Below are positions 23,786 to 36,310 of a DNA stretch of 64,000 bases, piece by piece. A program made the position numbers and the translations under genes. Every line of letters starts with the position of its first letter. Position 1 is the first letter of the stretch. Below the pieces are notes generated by a model. That model did not search any database. It saw only the letters and a list, made by a program, of their open reading frames with translations, and had not been told where the DNA came from. Source of the stretch: Lama glama (taxonomy: Eukaryota); the NCBI GenBank assembly GCA_028534125.1, contig CM052816.1:100132001-100196000 (forward strand), in the 5' to 3' direction.

Positions 23786-25419
23786 AGATGTTCATAGACC
23801 CACATTGCAGTGTATTTGAACCACATGGAAAAATGAATATGAAATCAATCTATGAAATTTAGAGAAAGGCTCAGCTGTAAAGGTGAGTCTTAATCGGTAG
23901 GTGGTTTTATGGGTTTGGTTGGAAAAGTTCAGTTCAACCCTTATCCATGTATTTTGAATAATTACGTGCCATTAAGTCTGCTTCTGTGTCATCAAATAGA
24001 GAAGACGTTCTGAAAAAATGCTTAAATCAGGAGTTTCTCTTCACGTGTTGATGTCCGCGCCCAGGAGGGACACCCAGCCTGGGTGAGTCGGGGTGCGGCC
24101 CCAGCCCCTCCGTCCTAGGGACAGAGGTGAGGTCAGCGCGGGGAGAAGGGCTCGCTGCCTCCCAGGATGACCCTTCTAGTTAAAGGAAACATCTGAACCC
24201 CCCGGGACAGGCCAGCCGGCGCTCGCCTTACAGCCGGCCCTCCCACAGGGCAGGGCCTGGAGGCGTTCAGAGCATCGCACTGGCATTTCCAAGCAAGCCC
24301 GTGCTGACTTTCGTGTTTTGTTTTTTTTCCCGAAAGCTAAGATTTTGGTTTAAAAAGAAAAATCCTTTCTGGGGGTGCAGCAGCCCCATGCCCCTTTCGA
24401 GGCCTTCCCCAAGGTGCGGTCTCCCCCGCGCTGGGGAGAGTGGGCAGGGCCCCGGACCAGGATGGACTGGAGCGCTCCCGCAGGTGACCGAGCTCCTCTG
24501 TCCCTGCCTCCCTGGGAGCCGGGACCACCTGAATCGTGCTTAAGACAGGGATCCGCCGTCCTCCAGGGGTGCAGACAGACTTCAAAAAGTTGCAATTAAA
24601 TGGGAGCTGCTGAGATTACAGGGCGATATTAACTATCATTAAGCGATTTCTGTGTGAAAGAGGCAAAGCGAGTCTTCCCACGTCTGGCTGCGAGGGCCCT
24701 CCGACCTGCGCGTTTCAAGGTAATTTGATAAACACTGTACTTGTTGGGGTATTTGTCTGACAGACAGACCGCATGTATCACCTTTACAAAGACATCAGTG
24801 TGGCTGCACCCTCAACACTCCGGTTTCCAAAGGACAAGCGCCGGCCTGTCGCACAAAACCGCACGGCTCATCCCGGGAAGGGAGGCGGCACCTGGCCCCC
24901 TGGCTTTCAAGAAATTAGCTCCGTTTTCTTGAAATAATAAACAGAGGCTCCTGGACTTGAGAGACCTGTTCGCTCATAGTGTAAGTGAGCTTTGATCTTC
25001 GGTTTCCAGTGAAGCCTGACAGGACACTGGTGCGGAGACAGGAGGCCGCCCCGGCGGGAGGCCCGGCAGAGGGCGCTGTGCGGGTCCGCAGGGCGAGCCT
25101 CCTGGTCCAGCCCCGCCATCCTGCATTCACCCGGGCCAAGCCCCGGGACCCCCGCCAGCATCTGGGACCAGAGTCGGGGGAGCCCCGAAGGCAACAGCGA
25201 CAGCCTTAGCGACCACCCTGCCTGTAGGGAAAAGCCTGGCGATCAGGACCCCCCCCCAGGCACCCGGGCTGCAGGTCTGGGGCAGGGACACACACTCTCA
25301 CCTGCGGGTGTGGCTTCACACGTGCATTGACTTTAAATGTCAATTTTATTACTTTTATTTGATTATGCTTTTTAAAAAATTGGAGTATTTTTTAAATTCA
25401 ATCTTTACTTTTTAAAATT

Positions 25420-25568
25420 ATTATCCTTTTTTGTATTTTTAGGGGGAGGTACTTAGGTTTAAGTTTAGGCTCATCTGTTTGTTTTCTGGTGAAGGGACTT
25501 GGGATTGAGCCCAGGATCTTGTGCGAGCTCAGCACGCGCTCTGCTGCTGAGCTCCGCTCTCCCCTCCC
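25420..25568 (-). mobile_element. tRNA-Ala-derived camelid SINE (diverged)
   Basis: Reverse complement of the SINE head ('gggattgagcccaggatcttgtgc...ctgagctccgctctcccc') and tail ('gggggaggtacttaggttt'). Confidence 0.8.
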
Positions 25569-25705
25569 AGCTGAAGTCCAGTTGGTTTGTAGCACTGCAT
25601 TAGCTTCAGGTGCACAGCAAAGTGATTCAGTTCTACATACACATGCACATACGTGTATTCCTTTTCAGAGTCTTTTCCATTACAGGTTATTACAAGATAC
25701 TGAGT
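25569..25705 (-). mobile_element. L1 3'-UTR terminal fragment
   Basis: 'ctgaagtccagttggtttg...caggtgcacagcaaagtgattcagtt...ggttattacaagatactga'. Confidence 0.85.
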
Positions 25706-27729
25706 GATTACCTTTTTTAGAGAAAGCAAATCTATTTGCAGGACTGCAGAGCTGAGCACTGCAGCTGTTTGGAAACGTAAATTGCCAGCTTAGAGCTGGC
25801 ACCCGCACTGCGAAGTCGGCGGCAGTCAGGTCCCCTGCATGCAGGTAATGACAGCCGTGTCCCCTGGAAGCCGGCTCCTGTGTTTCCACAGGGTCCTTTA
25901 AACCAGCCACTATGGCAGGGTACTTCTGGAAGGCGCTTCCTTCAATACTTGCCCTTGTGATGGACGCAGGCCACGTGGAGCAGCCATTTTTGCTGTATTT
26001 CACTTTTGCCATCTGTACTCAGTCCATGCCCCCCTTAATGAGATGAAATGAAAGTTTCCACGTTTAATACCATGTTCTCACGCCTGCCATGCCTCAGGAG
26101 TTTCTGGGAATGAATCGTGGTATCACTGGTCCTCCAGGAAGGCTTCCCCCCGGCGTGGAGTCCGCTGAGCCGGCTCCCCTTGCTGCTTGCCTCTGGGAAC
26201 GAGGGCAGAGGAGGACGGGATGGTGGAAGGTCCCCGGCAGCCCCACAGCCTCAGGAAGAAAGCCCAGAGCCACCAGGACCGGAGACGGCCCAGGCCAGGC
26301 TCTCCTCCCAGACTCTGCTCCCTTCTGCCATCTTCAGTGAAGCTTAATGAAGTGTACTTTCAGCCCATTAGTAACCTGGCTTTCACTGCAGAAAAGCTCT
26401 GGTCAAGAATTACCAGCATCAGCATAAATGCACCGTTATTTCTGGAAAAGGCACTGTCCTCCCTCGGCTCTAAGTCCCCTCTAAGTAGACAGGCTCGGGT
26501 CGAGGTCTGTCCTGCTGGAAGCGAAGCAAAGTCGCACTCGACGCCCCCACCCCCACCCAGCGGTGGGAAAGAGATTGCTCTCGGAACGATGTGACTAAAC
26601 TAAACCAACTTTAAAAATTCTCCTCCTTCTTACGTCTACAAGAAACGTTTCTGCAGTTGAAGGAAACGGCACTGCCCCGCAGCTCAAAGTCACATACGAG
26701 CCGAGACTTCTGCTCTCTCACCTTGCAGCAAAGCGCTCACTCTGGGGGCCCGCCGGGGCGGGGTGTGGAGCGCAGTGAGGGTGGTCTGGAGGCGCAGCTA
26801 GGCGCAGCGTGCGTGCGGCTGAATTTCCTTCCTAATGAGCAGAAAGCACGCTTTTATTTTAGGGAGGCAGCCGCTTGCCCGAGGCCCGAGCTGTCCGGGA
26901 GCGGCCGCCCATGTCAGTCACCCTCCCAGCTTCCCTCCAAGTTTGCTCCCGGGTGGAGAAAACCACAAAGGTCACATCCAATTACTTCAGCCCTGTTTCT
27001 AACATCTCATCAGTACCTAAGACAGTAACGGAAGCAGGGCCCCGCACCCTCTCCCCCGCGGGAGGAGGACCCTGGCACGGACAAGGCCAGGCCGCCCCGC
27101 CTCCCAGCCCCGAGCCCCTGATTGCTGCGGTGAATTGCACTGGCCACGGCGCCCACCAGTAAAACCAGAAGGGACACTCACGTGACGGCTGTGCCAGTGA
27201 CAATTTTGCTAAGGCGAGTCTTCCTTCATTTTAAGTAATGAAAACACATTCCGCAGGAGCCTGTGCGGGGGCCTGGCGACACTGGGTGCGCACGTTTTAA
27301 AGGCCAGCGCACCCTGCTGTCCTCATCCGGGTACGAGAGAACAGCTACTGATGGGGTCAAGGGCTGGTTAGAAAATTAACCAAATATAATCTTCCACACC
27401 GTTGTTTGCAGTCGTGGCGTCGTATTTAAAACCTTGGGAGCAGTTTCGCCTGTGATGAGCAGCGGAAGGAATGAAACCTTCTGTTGCGGACGCAGACAGA
27501 GGGGGCTCCGTCCTTCCCAGGCCTGCACACGGGCTCACGCAGCCGCGAGGGGAGCTTGCAAAGGGAAGCCAGTGCACTCAGTCAGGAGGTGGGTACGTTC
27601 CCTGGGAACACTAATCAGATCAGTCACTCGGCATTGCGCGCACCAAGTGACTGCACTTTTTATTTTCAGGCACTTGCTAAGTCACTGCGTGAGAAAAAAA
27701 AACAAAGGAAAATTTAAAATCTGCTTTTA

Positions 27730-27850
27730 TTTTTTCATTTACTCAACAGCTATCTGTGGAGAGGACGCCATGAGCACACGTCACTGTGCCTGGTGCTACG
27801 TGAGATACAGATCAGGACAAGGGACGCTTCCTCCCCCGTCCAGAACTAAA
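27730..27850 (-). mobile_element. L2 3'-end fragment
   Basis: 'ttcatttactcaacagctatctg...cactgtgcctggtgct...gagatacag'. Confidence 0.55.
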
Positions 27851-28719
27851 GCCATGCGGACACGCCCACACACACGCACGTGCTAATGGAACCGTGTGTG
27901 TCATGTGTGTCTGCATCACAGCACGTCATAGCACACGCATACGGAGCTGTGCACGCATGTGGCTGTCCTCAGCACACGTGCGTGCGTGTGAACGCCAGCC
28001 GGCTTGCTCCTGACTTGGGGACTACGGGCGGTCTTCATTTCCTTCGCTTCCTTCTCCTTGTTTTATTACTTTCTGCAGAGAGCAGCTTATTCCTCCAGCA
28101 GTGAACAGGACAGTAAATGCTATTTTAAGAGTGCAATCTGTGTCAGTGCCTGGGGAGCAACAACAGGAGGGCTCACACGGAGCAGAACGGACGAGGGGCT
28201 GTTCAGAGATGCAGGCGCGGTCGGGGGAGCATAAGCTGAGGGCCACCTGAGCCCCCGAGGTGGCACCACGGGCCCAGCGCCGGCTGGAAGTTTGCAGGAG
28301 ACAGCAGGAGAACGGAAACTGGGCTTGGCGTCCGGGGGTCTGGGCATGGAGCCGAGGGCTCGAGGGCGAGGTGTGCCGGGGGCCTGTGGGGGGCGCAGAG
28401 CTGCGGGCACGGCCACACACGCAGGCCACTTCTTCTGAGAACTGTGCTTTTCCTCCACTGTCTCCGATTCTACTGGTGGTTTTTTTTGTTTCCCATTTTG
28501 ACTTTCAAATTTTCTGTAAGGTGCAAAGTCCTTAGACTTAGAAGGAACAACGCTCACCAACTTCGAAATCAAATAAAAACTAAAATTCCAGAATCGAATG
28601 AAAACAGTCATCAAAACTGACCTGAGCAAACTGATTTTCCTTCCTGGTGTTTAAGTGGCTTCTTAACGCATGTAAACTCAACACGCTTGCTCATACATAA
28701 TATACTTCTGTATGTGTAT

Positions 28720-28856
28720 TCTTTCTTATTCTTTTTATTTCTTTTTTTGGGGGAGGAGAGGTAATTAGGTTTATTTTTTAGTGGAGGTACCTGGGATTGA
28801 ACCCAGGACCTCGGGCATGCTAAGTGCACACTCCGCCACTGAGCTATACCCTCCCC
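28720..28856 (-). mobile_element. tRNA-Ala-derived camelid SINE
   Basis: 'ggtaattaggtttattt...ggaggtacctgggattgaacccaggacctcgggcatgctaag...ccactgagctataccctcccc'. Confidence 0.93.
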
Positions 28857-31329
28857 TGCTTAAGTGTTTCCTTAATTTCCTTTCTTATGTTTAAGTGTAT
28901 CCCCTCTCTCTTCTCTTCCCCATTCTACCCCTCTATCTACTTTGACCCTGGAGGGGAAAAAAATGAGCCATTTGAAGTGAAAGATCTTATATTTGGATTG
29001 TTTACAAACGCTAGGAACTCTTAATAAATTTTGCCCAGTGGTCACAATCAAATCCGTCATCAGCCAGCCCAACGCTGAACGGGTCTGTACATAGAAGGAG
29101 TCCAATAATTATCTTGGAAACATGCTAACACAGAAATTGCACTGACGGGCTTAACCTTCGAACCCTCTTTCTTCCAATGCCGGCACGATGACGGAATTTC
29201 AGTAGAGTCATAAAAAATTGTTAGGATAAATTGAAATCAATTTCATCTGTCCAGGGATGAGCAGCACATAGAGGGAAAAAGTGTGTTTTAAAGGGAAAGT
29301 AAACAAGAAACTGGGCTACTGTGGCATCAAATGCTTTCAAATACTGAGTTTGGTTAAAAAAAAAAGTCAATTATTTTTATTCCAAGAAAGTATACCGGAC
29401 ACATCTCCTGACATTCAAGGGCAGCTTTACGTAGGCCCCAGATACAGAGAGAAAAGGTTGCTCTTTCAAAGTAGAAATTCTAGGTACCTTTGAGATATCT
29501 GGGAACGTCTCCCCCGGGACCTGCCCGGTGGGGCCAGTCTGTCAGGAAAACCCCGGAGGGCAAGCTCACTTAATTTGGTCGCCACCAGTGGCTTTTCTCA
29601 GCCCCGCCACCTACATCATTTTCAATCCAGTCAAAAGGATTCGAATCCCTTTTGCGTCAAGATGTGCTTAAAGCAAAACCATATATTTATACAAGCTTTA
29701 TATAGCTTTAAGACTCAATACAGACTGTGTGTTGAAATGAGTAAGTTGCAATTTTATCAAAGAATAATTTAAAAGACTTACAGAGTATTTAAATATTGTT
29801 GTTAAATCACAAAGTACAGCATATTTTACTCTGTAATCTCATTTAAATCATATAATGAATGCAATAATGAACATTAAAATCCCAATATGCAAGGCTGTGC
29901 GTGTGATTTTAATCTACCTGTGATTTTTAAACAGTATTCCCTAAGAGTCTATGCTTTCAGCTTGTTTCGGGGCTCAGAACTAAGTATCTGGTTTCACGAA
30001 GTCAGACATTTTTCTTATTAGAGGAGGATTTACCAGGCCCCACCTCCCTCCGTTCTTGTAGACCATATACATAATAGTGATTAGAAAAAAAGGCAGAGAT
30101 TGTGCTAATAACTGCAACATTTCTCCATCCACACAAAACACTGGATTTTTTTGTGTGTGGGAGGTGGATAACAAAGAGGTAACTGAAAATATTTCTGGCA
30201 AATAAACAGATTCAGAGCAAGTTAATAAGGAAATGTATTTCTGGTAGTTTGCTCTGAGATCAGGGATCTTTCCCTTGTGTGTTTGGTTTCTTCTCCTCAC
30301 TGTCTCAGCCACCCTAATCCTGGAAAACCAGGAATTACACATTGGAGCATAAAAAAATTAACATCAGCAGGCTTTGGGGCACACGAGTGACTGTCCCTCT
30401 ACACCCCTCTAGAAATGAAGACACTCAGGGCCGTGTTTATCTGCCTGTTCATTATACAGGGTTAACTGAACACCTATTATGCTCAAACCGTTCTGGTAGA
30501 CTTTATGGAAGGTGCAGACAGTCTCTCTTTCATGAGCCTGAAACGAGTGGCACGCGCTTGTATCAGGTAATGACCCGGCGTGTGCTGTCGACACTCGAAC
30601 TGCACGACTTTCAGTATTAGGGGGACAGAGAAAAGTGGGGTAATGCGTGACCTGTCTACGGCCTGACAATCTTGAGGATAAAGTGACGGGCTTGTTCTTC
30701 TAACTTTTTACAGTCTTTGTCTTCTCTGCTAGGTACTCACAGCACCCAGCCCTTCAGGAAGCATTTTCTCTCTTCGTCTGCGAAGAACAATTTTCTTTCT
30801 AGAGTTGGACTTGGCTTTCCAGCCTCAGAAAAGATTCCGAGTTGCTTCACATCCTCTGTGATAAGCCTGGGGGTGTCCACCTTCCGCTCGCCCCTCTGAT
30901 GTGTCCGCGTGTGGCCCCGTGCGGCCAGCTGCAGGATCCCAGCGCGCTGGGCGCAGGCAGAGATGCCATGGGAAGTTGCAAGGTGGCACCAGAAAGACTG
31001 GTGCAAAGGAGCCCCTCCCCCTCCGGTCATTGTTGCTTCTGGTGCAGTGGTTGTTGGCAACGTCAAGGCCATTTTGGAGAAGGAGCAGAGTAAACACTCC
31101 GATCGTTACAGAACACAGGTCCTCAGTGTAAACTACCGCCCAGGCTGATGCGTCCAGTGAAGTTAAGCTTTTATTTTCTGTTTGTTTATTTTTTGTTTTA
31201 AGAATATCAGGGGCCTGGGTGGGTGGGTCCGGGCTACCCTGGCCCAGTAGACAATGCGTAAATAACAAAGCCCCTGTGCGCACCGTCCGTGGCTCTGCCC
31301 GTGGCGGACACAGGAGAGACAGCACAACC

Positions 31330-32700
31330 TCAGATCAATCCTCTAAGCGCAAGCAGAGGGAAGAAAATAAAAGTTTGACAGGAATTTATAAATATAGCCT
31401 TGGTTAAGTGTATCATCACTCATAATACCATTAAATCTATTTCAATAAACACAAACATGCTTTCCTTATTCCGGGAATTCTTTGTGAAAGGAAAACATTA
31501 TGTGAAAAATAAAGGGTTATTGCCAACACAGTTAAAATCTGGAGTGAGGTTTTGAATAAACAAATTAAATTGCAATGGAATAGAGGGTGCCTTCGAGCCA
31601 TTTCTTGACAAAACAGTCATCTTATTTACACGCTTCACAATACCCCACCATGGATGTCGAAGGAAAAAAATAAGGAGAAAAATAATTAGCATATTAATCT
31701 TTTTTATGCCGCCATCTTTCAGATCCAGAAGACCATGGTGTAATTTAAATCTAAACGCTTTCCTGGCATTAGAATTCATTTTGGATGGGTCAATTGTTCC
31801 ATAATAAAAGGATAGAAGGTGTACTTCATGCAAGAGATTTATGTTTGCCATTTGTTCATATTCATGTGCTACTGAATACCTCAATTCAAATGGTGATGGC
31901 TGCTCCTATCAGCCGGGCGCCAGCCACACAGATCACTAACCGGCAGCAATGAATTTCATTTGCAGGACAAAAAATACGGCGAAATTAACTCCAACAGTTT
32001 ATTGATTTTTGCTTAACAGAAGCCAGTATAACAGCTCTATTGCCCTCATAATGATTACTGACAAAAGTTTAATTAAGCAATTATGAAGCCAATAATAGAG
32101 TTGTCTGGCCCGCACAGCTCCCGTCCGTGCAGGACTTATCTTCCTCCTGCACATCAGAGCAGCTGGGATGTGCTTGAGGAGATTAATGCCGGAGAACACA
32201 GATGCCTACTTTAATTCTGCTCCGCGATGCCGTTTGAATGGAAACGGGAACACAAGCTCCCCTTTATCAAATTACAAGTCCGCTTTTCATGAATATGGAG
32301 TTTAAAAAAAAAAAACCTAGTTGTGGCTTCAAGGTGTAATTATAAAGACATACAACAAAAATGACACACAATTCTGTCTTCGTAATCCCTGCTATGAAAT
32401 ATGCATGATAATGTATTACTGAATAAAGACTTAACAACGTTCTAAGAGGCTTTGCCATTGTACCGCTATCCAAACAATTGGCAGCCTTTTCCAAATGTTA
32501 TGTGAGATATTGTCTGACCTTACATCTTTGTTTTCCTTCCTCTTAAATGTATTGTTTCAAGCTTATGGCATTGTTATTTGTCCATAATGCCATTAAACCC
32601 GTCTTATCTGTTTGTAAGAATTCCCAATTTATTATGTATGTTTAAATATGTTAATGTAAAAAATGTGAGCTCCTTGTCCGCATTAATCATTTCATAAAAT
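31330..32700. promoter_or_regulatory. Candidate conserved non-coding element / enhancer
   Basis: AT-rich non-repetitive island in GC-rich surroundings, with many TAAT/ATTA cores and YY1-like GCCGCCATCTT at 31708-31718. Conservation is inferred, not tested. Confidence 0.4.
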
Positions 32701-35619
32701 ATACACTACGTCCCGGAACCTGCAAATCTGGGGACCAGGAGCATCTGGGCTTCCTTCTCGCGTCCTGATGGTTCTGCAGGCTCTGCCTGCAAGAATCCTG
32801 CTTTGTGCACGTTCAAAATACCTTCACTCGAGAGAAAGACGCTGGTTTATGCTGCCTCTGAAGCAGCAAATGATCTTGACCAATTTTCTAGCCTTTTTCT
32901 CTTCTGCCAGAAAAAGAAAAGGCTGCGCCGTCTCCCTAAATGAAGGAGTAATTGATCCTTCTAACACCCCGGAGAAGCTCGTTTGAGACGTGGGAGTGAA
33001 ACGGCAAATACGTATGTAGGTAAACACAGAGGGCTAGAAATCCTATTTTCAAACTTTACATGTGACCAGCTGAATGGCTACATTGCATCTAATGAAACAG
33101 AAAACAAATTCACCCATGGGTTTTTGTCACTAATAAAATGTGCCTTATCCAAATGATGGTGATTTATTTTCTCAAAAGACCCTGAAAAGACATTTGTCTT
33201 CTTGGAAGTGCCTGAAACAGCTGTTTGCATCCAGCAGGCAGTAGCTGGGGAAAGGCGGCGAAGGTCTACGGGCAGGCGCTCCACTGCCCGCTGCCTGCGG
33301 CATCCCCAGTGGCTGCCTAGGTGGACAGCCTGTGTCCCCGGCTGGTGACACGCCCGGGCCTCCTCGGGACAGCACGGCAGTGAGGCCTGGGCCTCCCCAT
33401 CTCCACCTGGTCCCCTCGCCAGTCCCGGGCGGTGGCACGGGGGATGAGATCAGAGTTTCCTCTTCACACTCGAGCAAGACTTTCTGATTTGGAGCAATTA
33501 CCAAAGGTACCTAGGAGGGGCTGTGTTTGCCTGTACACTCCATCCAGGGGCGAATCTGGACAGAAGCTGGCCCTGGTGGCGTTAGCAGGACACCCCAACT
33601 AATGGGGGGCAGGCTCCCCAGCTCCCCGTGAGCGAGCACGCCTGCAGCAGGAGCTGAGTGTGAGCCTCTGAGACCTCCCACAAGTTACAGCAACTTCGCA
33701 AACTGCATGGGGCAGGGTGGCGCTTCCCGCCTGTAACCTGCGTGGGTCTTTGGAGAGCCCGGTCTCTGTCTGCTCTGGCGAGTGGAAAGGTCCAGGGGAA
33801 ACGTGGACAGTGCAAAATCGACATCTTAATTTTTCACCTCCTCTCAGTGATTAATGAGGAGGGTTTTCCCTCCAATTGCTCTCCAGCTGGTCCCCAAGAA
33901 GGTGATTGTTAGAATGTCTCCAGCGTTTGCTCTGTCTCCACCCTCCCGGACCGGGGTACTGGAACTGACAAAAAGGCTTTTTTAAGCTGTCCCCTTGGCA
34001 TTCATTAAGGACGGCTCCACCTGTAACGACCTGAAGGAAGATCCCAGGATATTAGAAAGAAAATGTTGTTCTTCTGTGCAGTTAATTCCTAGAATTTTCA
34101 AAATCTGCCCCACACTAGCTGAGTCTTTGAAAGCCCAGCAGAGCTCTTCCTTAAGGCAGGAGGAATGAAAGTGCCCCGACGCCGCCCACATGAAGGGCTT
34201 CCCTCAGGGAAATTAGTAAGAGTACCTTCCATGGATGAATTTTAGGGACAAAGACTAAATTAGAAAAAGCTTTGAAAGTCCGCCTTGTCAAAGTGGTTGT
34301 CGTTGCGTTTTCATCTTTCTCAGGACTCGGGACGTCGGGAATGAGTGGCCCTCAAATGTCTGCAGCTTCCACCGGCTTCCAGCCTCGTTTCATTCGTGCG
34401 CTGGCTTTTGAAAGATAAAATAACATCTCTGCCTTCGTGAAGTCTGATCTCCAGAGCGGCAAATCAAACTTTTCACGCTTGCTGAAGCTTGTGTGCGCTG
34501 GGCTGGGCTTCCCTCACACGCAGGGTGCTTGCCTGATCATCCTCCCTGGATAAATGTTTAACCGCTTGACAATTAGCTCAGCCGTACCTGTGACAAGTTG
34601 TGAACTGTGAAACTACAGAATGCCGTCTTCATTACTCTCTTGAGTGGCCGAACAATAATTTACTTGTTCTACAGACACAAAATGATGTCAGTAATTGAGT
34701 GAAGATAGATCTCACGTGAGTGTATTATTTCGACAACAAGATGGGAAAGAGCCGGTGCCTATGATGTGGAATCTGCTGGGGGCACTTTCTGCACAGACGC
34801 AGCGTCCTGCACACCACGATGACGCAGCGAGGCCACCGCCAAAGTGCCATTGCGCAACACACCAGTCGGCGCGCGACCCGGGCATTGGAGCACAGCTAAA
34901 ACCCGGGCGCATCCGTTTCCAAATGAAACTGCCTGTCATGTGATAAAATTGTCCTTTCTCCCCCATGCATCTGTTCCTCTCCGATTTAGCTGCAAAATAG
35001 CGCGATGGCCTCCTACCCTGCCGCTCAAATTAACAAAAGCTCTGCTTAGCGTCCTGGGCGTGGGCTCGGCAACTGCCTAGCGAACCGGTCCTGCGCGGAA
35101 GGCTGCCTGCATGGTTCGCATCCTGCTTGCATCTTTTTACGCATATTTTTTGTTTGAGGGTTTTCGTTGCCAAGTGATGATTAATGGCAGCATGATCTTA
35201 CTAGCAGAGGGCTCTAAGGGCAGAATGGCAGTCTTAATTCCACGTCTTCAACCCACCACTTGGCTGGGGGAGTGCAGCACCGGTCACCTTTGCGTACCCG
35301 CTGAATGTTGCACCGTGTGGCTCCAACGGTGAGATGAGCTTTAAATCTGCAAATTAAATATCAGGTGCCCCCGGTAGTAACACGTTAAGCAGGACTAGCT
35401 TAGGACCCGCCGGTGAGTGTGTGACAGAAATTATATCAGTCCCACTACTTCTTCTGAGGTTTGCGCTCCCATATTTTATTGCGAAGAACCGCAGATGAGA
35501 AATGCAACTGTTTGCTAATAGGACTCGCGCGGCGTCCGGGCGCTGGTTCCCATCTCCCGCACCTCGCCGTGATTACTTTTTTAGAGGCGCTCACTCTCCC
35601 AGCTGAGGCTCCTCTAGTT

Positions 35620-36310
35620 AGACAGCATTAATGACACTTCAGTCACCCTGGCTTTCAAGCCGAGTCCTTCCACAGCGAACAGAGAGTTGACATTTCCTGA
35701 CATTTTCCCAGCTAATTACAGGACAAATAATTAAGCATGTTCTCGTATGTAACAAATGAAGGCAAAAGCCGTCTGTCAAGGTGGGTGATTGATGACAGTC
35801 CGGGAGACTTTATCTGATGGGTCCTGCCATGCAATGGAGGGGAAGCAAATCTATTAGAATGAACAATGCAAATTCTGAGTCATCTTATCCAGTTATGCGC
35901 CAAAGCAATATCCATGTCAAGGTGAATGTGACAATGAAAGCAAAACATTTGCATTTTGTGGAGCAGGTTGAAGGGGAAATCAGAGCGAGAAGATGACAGG
36001 CCTAATTATTTTGGCTCATACAGGCTAGGACAGCTGTTTCTGGTGTCCTGAACAAGGCTGTCACACAGGTAACTAAATAGGTCTGCATATAAGTCTGTAT
36101 CCAACACCACTGAGATGTCTACCACTAATGACCAACGCTAATGTTGCTGCCATCCCAGAAAAACAGAAAATGTGTCACCGCACAACTTCTGGATGGCAGT
36201 CAACATTTCGTGACATAATTACTTGTTAGTGAATTAATTCCTATCTGTCAGTATCTATGCCGGTGTCATTTTTAGACCATTACGAAATTATACCATCACT
36301 ATAGCAACTG
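35620..36310. promoter_or_regulatory. Candidate enhancer with PBX-HOX/MEIS motifs
   Basis: TGATTGATGACAG at 35786-35798, CTGTCA at 35773-35778, AACAATGCAAAT at 35862-35873, TGAGTCA at 35876-35882, plus further TGACA/TGTCA and TAATTA sites. Confidence 0.45.
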
